A stretch of 63,218 bases of DNA, counting the filler, from Choristocarpus tenellus KU-1152 (Eukaryota; Protista; Phaeophyceae), in assembly GCA_964200185.2 (NCBI GenBank). It is 9 parts of 9 records of this genome, joined end to end, with 100 filler letters (N's around TTAATTAATTAA, not from the genome) between each part and the next. Parts side by side here need not be neighbours in the genome. Positions count along the whole stretch, not along the records: positions 50,650 to 54,853 come from CAXNAD020015716.1; positions 54,954 to 59,499 come from CAXNAD020014063.1; positions 59,600 to 63,218 come from CAXNAD020018922.1; 6 more parts are not named here. One strand, 5' to 3'. Shown here piece after piece: positions 50,689 to 62,760 of the stretch. Position numbers and translations under genes: made by a program. The stretch's first letter is position 1; each line of letters opens with the position of its first letter. Below the pieces are notes generated by a model that was not told the origin of the DNA, ran no database searches, and saw only the letters and a program-made list of their open reading frames with translations.

Positions 50689-52958
50689 CAGTGCCTATGC
50701 GTTCTCAGCTTCGGCAACAGCCACAGCGGATCCAGGCAATACGCCTCCATATCTACAGCCCACGCAGCAACCACCCCATCCACGACACACAGATAACGCT
50801 CCCACATACTCAATTGCCTGAGCCCAGAAAAATGCCTGCGGTTCAATCCCCCCTGCCCCTGACCTCCTAGATCCATCACCATAGCACCAGCCTCTCCCCC
50901 ACAACTTCGACACTGTCCCCAGCCCCCCCCCTCCTCAGAGACCACTTCCTCGCAGACGCCTCTCATAGCCTGGGCACAGAGGAGAACGTGTGAGTGTTCC
51001 ACCGAGAGGTACTTGAGTCTCGTGGCAAGCCGTAGAGAGAGCTGCAGGCATCGATGCACCACATGCCTGTTCCGATTCGGGCGGGATGGTCACAACTCAG
51101 GTGTGTGTATGCTTGGTTGCAAGGGGTGAAGAGAGGGGGGACCACTGAGGATCAACAGAATGCGAGCTTTACTCAGGGTTCAAGTAAACAAACATAGGCC
51201 ATGGCAGTTACAAAAATGAAAGCGAGCAAGGGGGCCGGCCATGCGAGACCGCTGTAATAGTGATACACCTCCACACACATGTGTGCACAACTTCACATCT
51301 GATCGGGTGTAACCATCCGATACACTTGAGACATGAGACATCGGATATCACGCGCATCGCCCACCTCGACCCTTCCCATCCCAAAACAAAACTCTCTCAC
51401 ACGCCTACCCAAGTAGTCATTCGCACCCATACCACCTGTCCAAAGAACTGTGATGCATCTGTATTGTTATTGTATCATTAGACGCTTGTATTAATATTTC
51501 AAAAACGTAAAGTGCTGGAGCTGTGAGGTTAAAAAATGCGGATACTACAAACACTTCTTGAGGCTGTTGATGAGATCACTTAAACTTTCCTTTCAACCCC
51601 TGCCTTGTCCATTACACACCATAAAGGAAATTTACAAACGATTGTCTGTAATCTGTGCCCGCCTTCACACTTCCAATTTTGTGCACCTGATCCCTAACAG
51701 TGTTTTTTTTTTTATTGTCAAGAGGATCATACTTGAACACACTCCTTGTTTGATCCTCCAACCATGTACCAATATTCAGCAACACAACTAAAAGGCCTAC
51801 ATAGCAACTTTAGGTATACTACTAACATCTCAACTCTAGATACACTACTGATATCTCAACTTTAGATACACTATTGATATCTCAACTTTGGATACACTAC
51901 TGAATCTCAACTTTAGATACACTATTGATATCTCAACTTCAGATACACTATTGATATCTCACACTTTAGGTACACTACTAACATCTCAACTCTAGATACA
52001 CTACTAATATCTCAACTTTAGATACACTATTGATATCTCAACTTCAGATACACTATTAATACCTACACCACACTCACACAGAGTGAACCAAGACCCACCT
52101 GTCCCTCCTACAGATGAGAGGTTGCTCCTTCATCAGCCTCCACAAGTATGAATGGAAGGCGGCATCATTTCTCATCCCACTTTCCCTCAGGCTGCTCTCA
52201 TCCCCCCCCCCCTTCCCATGGCACTCTCCTTTCCTGCACTCCGTGCTGTAGTCTGGTGGAGAGCTTGATGCACGTTCCTATGTACATCCAAGGGTTCAGG
52301 CAAGCAAGGAAGAATCAAGAATGAAGGAGGGAGGTGGGGGGGTGGTTAACCAAGTGACAATGCTCTATTCCTCTGTCTGGGGCCTTAGTAACCAATTACT
52401 GAGGATAGGTGTCTTTTCCGACGATAACTAATGCGTGATCATCTCCAGGAGTGAGGGTTTTCTATTCTTGATACAGGCGTAAGCCTAAAGATCATTCGAT
52501 AAGTTTACGTGACCTGGCAACATTTAAAATCAATGTTTGACTGCAGGCATGTTAGTTGCACACCATGACACATACACCTCCCTGATACAATACATCTCGG
52601 AGGCAATGATACATCAATGATACATCAATGATACATCAATGATACATCAATGATACATCAATGATACATCAATGATGCCATTGTTCGGTGCCCCACTCCT
52701 TCAGTCCCGACTGGCGGAGAGACAGTCCAATAGGAAAAGGCGTGAGAAAAACGAGCGAATGCATTGGTCCACGGGGAGGAACCAAAAAAAGAAGGGGAAC
52801 AGACACAAACGTGGAGGACAATTATCCCTGCAGGCGCTGCTGGCACCTTTATGACCCAGGTACTACACTGAACAGGAAAGAGGTGTAAAAAAAAATATAT
52901 ATATACATACATATATATATACATACATATATACTTACATACATACATACATATATAC

Positions 52959-52993
<35 letters not shown>

Positions 52994-53045
52994 CATACAT
53001 ACATATATACATACATACTTACATATGTATATACATATATATATT

Positions 53046-53077
<32 letters not shown>

Positions 53078-53375
53078 CATATATAATCACATACATTGCG
53101 AAAAGAATAACAATACACACGGCAAGCTGATACTCTCTTGTGTGCGACTGCCTCTGCCTTCCATACCATAAAGAACCATGCGCGTCCTTCGGGGGTAAGA
53201 GACACGACACTCAGAACAACAAGAACGCCAACTGGTGTTCAAAATAAAAATAAATCAGCGTTTCAACCCAACCTACAAAACCTCACCCACCCTCACCGAC
53301 AACGCCATCCATAATATCGACAGACATCTCCACCCTTGACACTAACCCAGTACACAGCACCGCAGTACGCCTTTG

Positions 53376-53425
<50 letters not shown>

Positions 53426-53910
53426 ACCCACCCCCCCCCCCCCCCCCCCGCCCCANNNNNNAGCCCACCCCACCCCTCAACACTCACCACTTCACCACCC
53501 CGCAATCCGCCCCTCCCCCCCCCCCCCCCCCCCAAATTCTCACGAGCCCTTCTTACCATGGACGAACCCCTGGGTATGCTGCAACACAGATAGCTGCGGC
53601 TACAGCAGCATCCCATCTGAACAGACCATCCAGATTCCGAAGCAGTAGGCACAACCGTGCCTTCCCCACAGAGGGTACCATTGGTGCTGTAGCAATTCCG
53701 GCTGCCACCACTGGCCCTGTAGCCAATGTTGGAGCCAACGCACTACTGCTGTGGGAGTGTGAAGCATCAACGACCCTGGCAAGCCCCAGCGCAGCCCACA
53801 CTGCATCCTCCTCGGGAGGTGGCGGGATGGCGGTCATTGATGGGGAGGGGGAGCACGCCCCTTGGGTGTGAGCAGTCGCATGCCCTCTCTTCAGGATCTG
53901 CCATAATTCC
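50689..53910 (-). CDS. Partial spliced gene, alpha-helical protein resembling the HPS5 (BLOC-2 subunit) C-terminal region
   Basis: Exons ~53910-53557, 52277-52099, 51066-50689 with AG acceptors and donors GTAAGA, GTGGGT, GTAAGT. Reads ...[14 protein letters not shown]|NVHQAL...[15 protein letters not shown]...DR|[11 protein letters not shown]...[11 protein letters not shown]. Requires +1 nt in the C11 run at 52202-52212. Family call is by eye (HPS5 FFPSILPSDI...FLAYLDSL...GFWPG). Confidence 0.55.
51805..52063. repeat. 26-bp intronic minisatellite, ~10 copies (CAACTTTAGATACACTATTGATATCT)
   Basis: Direct reading; head-to-tail units with no spacers. Confidence 0.92.
52604..52676. repeat. (CAATGATACAT)n 11-bp tandem repeat, ~6.5 copies
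   Basis: Direct reading. Confidence 0.92.
52895..53085. repeat. (TACA)n/(TA)n compound microsatellite
   Basis: Direct reading. Confidence 0.92.
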
Positions 53911-54064
53911 CTTTTGGAAAGTGTGGGAGTGGTACAGGCAAGGGTGGGTTCACAAGCAGGGGTTTGGACATGACAAGGAAGGGGGGACTGGTGAGGAGGA
54001 CAGACAAGGCGAGTGGAGTGCTAATAGATAAGCTTCGATCGATGGCAGGAATCAATTATGGTTC

Positions 54065-54066
<2 letters not shown>

Positions 54067-54116
<50 letters not shown>
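54067..54116. repeat. (AC)n microsatellite
   Basis: About 25 AC units. Confidence 0.95.
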
Positions 54117-54119
<3 letters not shown>

Positions 54120-54970
54120 ATGGTGTTGTGAATCAAGCGTTGTGAATCAAAAAAGGTTCATGGGGGGGGGTAAGGTAAGTCCAAAACAGCAAAAAAAACA
54201 AAACACTTGAATGCACTCCATCCTAAGCAAAAACATTCACACAACACAGGGACCAAAACACACGATTCGCCAATCTCCACGAGCAGAGCCACGCCACGCA
54301 GTACGTGCGTATTGGTGCGTAAAACAACAATCAAAAACCACCCCTCGACTTTCAGTTTCAATCGGTCGCAAAAAGATCGAATCGAATCTAAGATTCAGTC
54401 GAAAGCAACCCAGGAGGGAGGGTGGTGCGTTCCTTCCGCCCGTATCGACTCTTAAGCATCAGTTTGTTTTTTTCCCAACTTTTTAAAAAATAAATAAATA
54501 AATAAAAAGAAGAGATACGGATGGAGAGCTTTCTACAACCTGGATGTGTGCCCCCCCCCAAAAGAGAGAGAGAGATAGAGAGAGCCAAAATTAACACCAC
54601 AACCATCCACCGTGCGTTTCGAACAAACATGCTGCCAAGAAGCAAGTCAGAGGGGACCTTGAAACTCAACGGCACTCCCCTCTTCTTGCTTGCTCTTGAC
54701 TCATTCACAATACTGTTCCATTCGCCGCGAACCCACCTCTCAATTGGGACCAAAATCCACGTTGCTCTCTCCGGCATTAAGCCCCTATGAGCCAAGCTAT
54801 TGACACCCCCCCCCCAAAAGAGAGAGAGAGATAGAGAGAGCCAAAATTAACACNNNNNNNNNNNNNNNNNNNNNNNNNNNNNNNNNNNNNNNNNNNNTTA
54901 ATTAATTAANNNNNNNNNNNNNNNNNNNNNNNNNNNNNNNNNNNNNNNNNNNNCCTTTGTAATATAATGT

Positions 54971-55400
54971 TTACTCTGTGCCCATGGGGGTGGGGGGGGT
55001 CCTCAGTGGGGTGCAGGTACAAAATTTGCCCATCTTTGAGGATGTAAAACCGTTCTCATCCACATGCACCCAGCCATACAGGTCATCCACTAATACCCCA
55101 CTTCCCCCCCTCCTGTGCGTGTGGTTGATGACAAACCCACCATGTTGACTTTCTATTTGGTCTGAGAGGACTGGCTTAACCCACCGCTTCACCTTCTTCA
55201 TCATCTTGCACTTGAACACATCCCACAATGAGGCCAGGGAAACCCCAGCTTTGGCCGCCCGTTTGTGGAAGGATATGCAGTGTACCGATGGGACATCCCA
55301 AAATTTGACAATACAAATATGGACAGTTACCACATCTCTCCTCACAACATTGTACAAAGTCCATCCATTCACCCCGTGCGATCTCACTGTCACACTCCTT
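54971..55400 (-). mobile_element. Mariner-like (DD39D/plant-mariner type) transposase remnant
   Basis: AAKAGVSLASLW (HTH), VKPVLSD and DDLYGWVHVDENGF match the KPxLT...MYDxVHVDEKWF motifs of DD39D transposases; frameshift at the DEKW motif. Probably intronic to the USP-like gene. Confidence 0.7.
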
Positions 55401-56215
55401 CAGATGATGGAACAAAGTAATTCAGGAAATTCAAAAGTCCTCTGCGATGGCCACTGCCATCCCCTGAGGCATCCGAATCTAGCACCCTCTAGCCTCCAAG
55501 CACCATGCCATCATGCTGTTCTTTGTCGGGGTGTTTGGGTCTGGACAACGGACAGACTTCTGGAACGAAGAATTGGGACCAACAGGCGATGACAGGATGA
55601 GCGAGCCACTCAAACAACAGGAGGCCTTCATCCTAGGCATCCCAATAAACACCCACTTTGAGAGTTTCACGAGGTTTTTGAACCCAGCCAAATTTGATTT
55701 GGTTGGCTCTATACTGATCATCCACAGTCATGAAGTCCCATCATGTCAAACTTTGCATGCCTCCCAATCCATATGAGAACTAAGCCTCATCCAGAGGGTT
55801 CATCACGCGGGTCGTTCCCAGGAAAGAACAGAGCTTGAAAAAATTATGTTACATTTAATTCTGAACAGAGGAAGTACCCTCTAAAACATACACAGAGTAC
55901 ACAATATACCAATACTCAAACCTGTGCACCTCCAACTATCAAACTGATATTTTACAGAACAAAAGCAACTATAGCTCCAGCTTCAAGCACCACACACCAA
56001 TACAAACCTAACCCCAAACCTCACGCAATAATCAATATATGCAAATAAACATACAGTGCTCTTTCATAGTGAACAAATGTAGGGCAAAAAATACATCAAC
56101 TGACATTTTCTGATCCACCAAAGCACAGCCAAAAAATATATCCATGGTTCATCCCTCCAAAAACTCAACAAACACCTCAAGTACACAAAAACAAGATGCT
56201 GCATATCCATCTCAC

Positions 56216-59200
56216 CGCAGTACCCACAGCAACACTCTCCTGCACGTGCGCCATACAGGTCTTTATGTAATCCTCCCGCACCTCCCCAATCTTGTCATGG
56301 AGACTAGGAGTCAATGCCTGTAGCAGGATTCAAAGATACAGGGGAGAGAATTCTGTTTTCTATCAATCACAATGACAACATTTTTACCTTCCAATGCACC
56401 CTTCAGTGCTAGCCTGGGCTCACAACACAATACAGAACCCTTTTCACACTCAAGGTTCAAGGATTAGTGATGTAAGCGCATCCCACCTACAAGACCAGTC
56501 AACATATAATGGACTAAATTGTCCCATGTCTACCTCACAGTAACTACTACACTGTGTTATCCAGAGTGTGAACCACATTCCAGAGATATAAACCAAACAA
56601 TTTACAATAGAAAATCCCCCTTATTTGTAAAGTCCACACACTGATATGTACTGTTGCTTACCGATACATTCACTTCGCTGTACGAACGATTTTTGGAGAG
56701 AGAGAGAGAGGGGGGGGGGGATGTACCATAAGTAATACAACAACAGTGGCCATTTCTATGTTCGCTGTCACTCCAATACTCCTTTGCCTTCAGATAGACT
56801 GCTTGTCACAAGTACTACAACATCATCTCACTATATCACACACAATGGATGGAACCTCCCATACCTGATGCACCCTGTTCAACAGCAAAGTTGCATCTCC
56901 CACCACACGGGGATCCTCTGCACTGAGGGCCACTCCCCACAGCGCCCCTATCCCTGAAAGGTCTGAGGGAACCACCAACATGACCATACCAGCCTCTGCC
57001 TCCTCCCGCTCATCTATAATTATCAAGTTGAAATCATTAGGCATCGATGCGAAATGAGGGGAAGGTTGTGAGGGGTTACTATATTCACTGTATAGTGTCC
57101 GTATCTGCAAGGATATGAGCAGCATGTGCAAAGGAACAACTATACTCAAAAATATATGAGAAAGTGTTTGATCAAGGCGAAAAAAGAAGGAATTTGTACT
57201 CCAAAAATCAATGACAATGAGTTCATTCTCCTTCCCCTGTAAGAAGAGTGCTCCCTGATACGTAAATACTTGCAAGATATTACTCAAACATGGAGACCTA
57301 AACAATACATGAAAAACACTTCTTCTAGGTCTTTGGATCCAAACAATGCCCTGTGTGCAGATAGGCCAGGGGCAGGTGCATTAAGACCGCATACATAGCA
57401 CACAATGCACTTTGTCTTCACATATACTTTTCTTACATTTTTTTTCCCCGTTTCCTTACCCTTTTGGATTTTGGAAACATCATCTGCTCCATTCATAAGA
57501 AGATGAAACCTCAAATTTTGATTCAAATAAAATTCTTCATTTTTCAGAACTCAGAATTTGAATCATTTTCTGCCCTGAGATAAGACATGGCAGAAACGCA
57601 CTGATTTAATCTTATTCCTCTTTTAAACAAACATCAGGAAATTTGCAAATGATCTTGCTCAATTTTTAAGATAATAGTAGATACCGATTTTTTTTTAGGT
57701 TGCACAGAGAATTCTGTGGGCGGTTGCCCAAAGGTCTCCAATTGCTAAGATGATTATAAGACTTTGAGGGGGTTGGGGGGTGCTTTAGTCATTGTGGCAC
57801 ATTCAAACACAGACTAGACTGTTCATACACCAAGTGAGCTCACTAAAAGACCTGCACGCCATGTTGCTCTTTCCATGACACCACAAAATAATCACAGATA
57901 CATACCCCCTCTTCTCAGTTTGGAAGACATTGCATTCAAAAAGGAAGTTGCCGTATCCATTAGGAACAAAGCAATTTGTAAAAAGAAGTCAAGCCAAAAT
58001 TACTATAAGCGCAGGAGACAGTGAATGCTAAGAATGTGAACAGAGATTCCTAAAAAACATAATAAAAGCTCCATGAAATCCCCTACCCCCCAAACTTCCA
58101 CCCCCATCTCCATGCCCCCACTGGAATTAACAAATAGGAATGCAATGCTTACCTCAAAATTTTAGCCTGGTCCTTTGTAGACAATTTAGACATAAACACA
58201 GCACCACTGAACACAAAACATTCCTCCCCTCCCCTCCTCCCAGCCCACCTTCTGTCATAGGCGCTGACTTGACCACTCCAAAACTCCCAGCACCCATGCA
58301 CGTCGCCCCTCCTGCAACACCTCCATCATATGAGCTCCCACTTCGCCCAATGCCCCCAACAACAGCGCCAGTGCTGCTTACACTATTCATACCATTGCTG
58401 CTTCCACTTCCACTGCTTCCAGCACTCCGCAATAGACTCCCGTGTTTTTGCTGTGACCACCCACCCACCCCCCGGCCACCACCACTTATCCGTCCCCCGT
58501 GACGGTTAACCAATAGGAAAAAGGCTCTGAAGCAGGCAAACCAATCAGGAGTAGCACACGCAGCGTATCCTCTTCTCTCTGCATCAGCTACAATGAGGTC
58601 CTAGTGCACGGGCAGGATAGGGTTAAGAGATAAGTTTCAGGCTAACGTAGGATCGCGGTGGGGGTGAAGTTTTGAGGATAAGGAGCTAGGGTTGTGGCAT
58701 CATCATTCTTGGGGTTAGCATAGGAGAGAGGGTCAGGGGGTTTAGCTTGTAGTCAGTGTTGGGATAGTAAGGTTATCTTTAGGATTAAGAGTTTTGGGAT
58801 TGAAAGTAGTGCCTAGGATTAGAGTTAGAGCATGGTTCAAGAGATCAGAATGGTGTTGCAACTAGGGTCATAGGACAAGTTCTAACGTAAAGGTGCACGA
58901 TTTATCAAGGTGGAGGGTATTTTACACTATCTGAGATGTCACTATTGATGTATTTCAAGAAAAAATCATTGGGAATTGAGTGTGTGGGTCTCATTACAGG
59001 TCTTCAGGTCAAGTGTATATTGCGTGTGTGTCATAAATATTTGGTTTGGGATAACCTTTGTCAAGGTTGGGGTTATGCGCATAGGTGTAGAGGAAGGTTA
59101 GAGCTGCAGCCACATATCCTCAATCTCACACCTGCCTGCTCAGATGGCAAACACCCTTAGTAAGCAGAGCCTAACAGCATACTAAGATCCAATGACTATT

Positions 59201-59499
59201 AGCAACACCATACATCACTACCCATTATAAGTTGAGACATCACAGGGCTTCCACACAGAGGACACCTTATGGACAACAAAGCAGGCACAGAAGAACTCCA
59301 ACATGAACATGGTGCTGCCTACTCACCCCTCTCCCAAAAATATACACCCTTCCATTCCAACAAAACGAAGTCCAACAAGACTTACACACACCTCAAACAC
59401 ATGGGCAGCGACTCCAGTGGCAAAGACCCCACCCCCAGCACCATCCCCCTCTCCCCATGCCTCACAGGCCTTTGAGAGCCATGAGAGAAGTATTGAGAG
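56216..59499 (-). CDS. Partial ubiquitin-specific protease USP9X/USP24/USP34-like, N-terminal helical region (4 exons)
   Basis: Exons 59499-59392 (cut by contig end), 58600-58249, 57013-56865, 56317-56216 splice in frame at GT-AG sites. Protein: LLSWLSKAC...AHVFE|DLIV...WFACFRAFFLLVNRHGG...|D...SDLSGIGALWGVALSAEDPRVVGDATLLLNRVHQ|ALTPSL...REDYIKTCMAHV. Motif order parallels USP9X (FKWYSK...KCFERFFKAVN...GLDYLWRV...EDFIQSC) and USP34 (GMDQFWGIALRA). The catalytic domain is not in the window. Confidence 0.7.
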
Positions 59500-61281
59500 N
59501 NNNNNNNNNNNNNNNNNNNNNNNNNNNNNNNNNNNNNNNNNNNTTAATTAATTAANNNNNNNNNNNNNNNNNNNNNNNNNNNNNNNNNNNNNNNNNNNNC
59601 CAAATGGGCGCGGCTCTACCCTCTAAGATACTTTGGAAAATTAGAAAAGCTCAACACGTTGGAAAAAAGAGATATGACCCCATAGTCAAGACTCCTCCCC
59701 AAAAAATGAATCAAGCAAGAGCTCCAGCATCAAGGATTGCAATGAATATGGGGGGGTATCCGCACACACTTACAAGTCAGGAAATTAGATCAAGTCCTGG
59801 ACACCCACCAAAAATGTTGCAAACCAACTTCTAGAGAGTCCTTATACCTGGTATAGGTAATGTTGACCGAAAATGCTGAGCATATTGTAGGTAGAAGAAT
59901 AATGCCAGGATAAATATTTGCCCCACTCTTAGGACCTTTAACTTTGGTTGTTCAATTAGTTGTGATCATTAAAATTGTACTGAATCAGTTAAGACAAGGT
60001 GGGGGGTTGCCTCTGACCTAGAAATAGTGTAGTAAAAAGACAAGATAATAATAGTGTATACAGTCAAATAGTTTAGCAGAATAAGTATCCTACATTAAGG
60101 TCATACAGACCTTCATGAACCCCCTGTATGGGACCTGCATTCTGTAACAACACATGGATACCACCACCAGTACCAAGGAGGGTATCCTAGTAAGACCCCA
60201 TACCCAACCCAAACAAAGCTCGTCAATAGTGTGTCTGATGACTCTGGCCACTTGCACATGGTGAGCTGCATCTATCCCTTTTGGCAGACCTAGTATGCCA
60301 GAAGTTTATTCAAGTGTTTACCATCTAGCGCATACTTGTTTGTTGCGACTAATCTCCATTTTTTAGCTGGGGGGTCAAAAAACTCAAGACCTTGGAGGTA
60401 CCACCACCAGGGATGTTTCTCCCATCTTCCGCTACAGTTTCTTAGCTACAAGTTCTCCAAACACCAGGTTTGGGGCCAAGTGAGTATTATCTATGTGTGC
60501 CACGATTCCAGTACGTAGCAGCCTCCATTTCCATATGCATAAGAGAGACATCTCCACGCTCTTGCACACAGTTCTCACTAGCGCTTTCCTGTTTGGCAAG
60601 GGGTGGTCCGCACGTTTTCATTTACTACGGGAAGCCAGTGCAACGAAGGAGGAACTTGCAGTGCTAGATACAAAGATGGGTGTTGTAGACTGTCGTGAGT
60701 TCCCACACCACACAGCAATATAGCAGAACCTCGAGCACTACAGTCCTGATAATCCAAAATTCCAGCTCAAGTGATGCAGCAACTGCTTGCATACAGTTCT
60801 TTACTATCTTACTTCATGAAGCGTTCCTGTTGTGCCTTTTGGATCCGGTGGTGGATCATATATAAATTCAATCCAAATTCCACACGTGATGGCAACCACT
60901 ACGGATTGCGTACCTACACTATTCTACACGTTGCTATGCCAGAAAAACACTGGATGAATAACGAGGTGCCAAGGCTGCATTGCTCGGCATCACCAAGGGA
61001 TATCCACTACAAGATTCAACAGAGATGAAGCGACAAGTGGTGGGATGACTGAACCTAACTGGCGAGAGGTAAGACGCAAATGGACATAATGCATTTATAT
61101 TATTAGAGATGCAACAGTTACAATGTTTATAGTGTTAGAAAATACAAACATGGATTACTTGTTAGCCTTCGAAGCAAACTTTTACACCAAACAAAAAGGT
61201 ATTTATTGTAAACGCGTAGGATTTAGAAAAATTTAAGAAACATTGTAGGTTCTCCTTGCGACAAAAGGTGCACAGATGACG

Positions 61282-61354
61282 TACTCATACCGGAGCTCGA
61301 ACACGGTACCTCGGCTTTATCAGAGCCGCACTCTACCAACGGAACTCCGCAAGC
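61282..61354 (-). pseudogene. tRNA-Ile(GAT)-like sequence (pseudo-tRNA or SINE head)
   Basis: 73-nt tRNA geometry with a perfect anticodon stem CGGCT-CTGATAA-AGCCG, D-loop TGGTA and GTTCGA T-loop. Acceptor and T stems carry mismatches or many G-U pairs, and position 8 is G. Confidence 0.6.
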
Positions 61355-62279
61355 TATACCGCTGGGAAATGACCGGAACAAAGCATATGTAAATGAAGAT
61401 GATTACAAGAACAAATATCCCAGGTCACACTATATACATCTGAGCATTCACAAGGAGGCAACCGGTTGTAGCGCCGTCCTTCGAGCTCCGTGCTCCATAC
61501 TCCATGCTTCATACTCACGGTTATTATAACTTACAAAGGTTGGTGCAAACTTGGGTCGCAAATGACTTTGGAGTATATTCTGGAGTTTGTTGATTTTGGA
61601 GAGGGTGAAAGCAGGTACACAATGGAAACATCGAAAAAAGCGAGGTCGTCCCCATCCACAACTTTCTTGATGCTGCAGCAATGGAAAGGATGAACGCAAG
61701 CAAAGTAGATAGATGGTGGACATATTGATGTGTACCTCCATAACTGATACAGAAAATATATTGATACAGAGTATATATCACTCTGTTCTTTGCTCGTTAC
61801 ATTCTTCCCACATTTCTAATTTGCCATTATGCCCGTTAATATTTTGCAGATGTCATGGGGAGGAAAGAAGAACACATCAAGAAAACAAAACAAGCACAGC
61901 AACTACAGAGTATTGCTGTCGACTACTTCAACTCCCTGGTGTTAGCAACTTCTCGGTAGAATAACCGTGTGATCCAGAAGATCAGAGGGCACCAAAATAA
62001 CAATTAACAGTAACTATGTCAAGAGTTGCTCCTAACACTCGTGGGGATCAGAGCTTACACATTGGGACCTTGTAAAGCGAGGTGAGATTGCTGCTAAAAC
62101 TACCATCGATTACAAGAGGTGGAGCAAGAGCTGTTCCAGAGCTACGATCAATGGGGTTGATGGAACACGTGGGCATCTATATTGGAAAGGTCTGATATGC
62201 TTTTTGCAGCTGTGGGTTGGTTGATTTAAATGCTTAGAAAGTAAAAGACTATTTGTCAGGTGTATGAGAAAATTGCATT

Positions 62280-62760
62280 ACTTTTAATCTTTGGGATTGT
62301 ACAGGAATGGACCAAGGGACCAATCACCTAATTGGCTATACTGATTCTGATTACCCCAGTGTAAGAGTAGGTTGCCCATTTCTGGCGTGTAGTAATGTTT
62401 GAGGGAGAACACCATAGCACTGCTTGCTGCCGAGCCTGAGTATGTTGCAATATATGAGTAAGGGAAAGAGGCAGCGTTCCTTAAGCAGGTCCATATGTTC
62501 ATACAACCATGTCGCCAGGAGCAAACTGATCTGGTGTTTGAGCAAAAATATGGTACTATAAAGATTTCTCGAAAGGCAGTGTCTGGAGGTAGTACCAAGC
62601 ACATCGATATCCACTTTCACTTTGTATGCCAGTTGGAAAGAGAAGGGAGTATTGCCATTGGTTATTTACTGAGTTCCAACATACGGATCTTTTTACAAAT
62701 AATCCGTCGAAGTCGTTTTTCAGTAGGCCCTCTAAGCATTCTAATGAATGCGGAATAGTA
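62280..62760 (+). mobile_element. Ty1/copia RT-RNase H remnant
   Basis: LIGYTDSDY, IALLAAEPEYVA, KEAAFLKQV and STKHIDIHFHFVCQLEREG are classic copia RNase H motifs (RTKHIDIRFHFVRE). Confidence 0.85.

Noticed and set aside
51805-52063. 26-bp repeat array resembling a CRISPR array
   Set aside because: Units are head-to-tail with no unique spacers, there are no cas genes, and it lies in a eukaryotic intron.
53283-53652. Poly-Pro/poly-Gly ORFs (also 4399-4689, 9435-9810)
   Set aside because: They arise from poly-C/G runs next to N gaps, with no protein-like context.
54551-54853. 47-bp direct repeat at contig end
   Set aside because: Low-complexity and cut by the contig end; may be a collapsed tandem repeat or an assembly artefact.
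58147-58160. Strong donor-like GAG|GTAAGC as end of the USP-like exon
   Set aside because: An in-frame TGA precedes it; the donor at 58248 gives the phase needed for the next exon.
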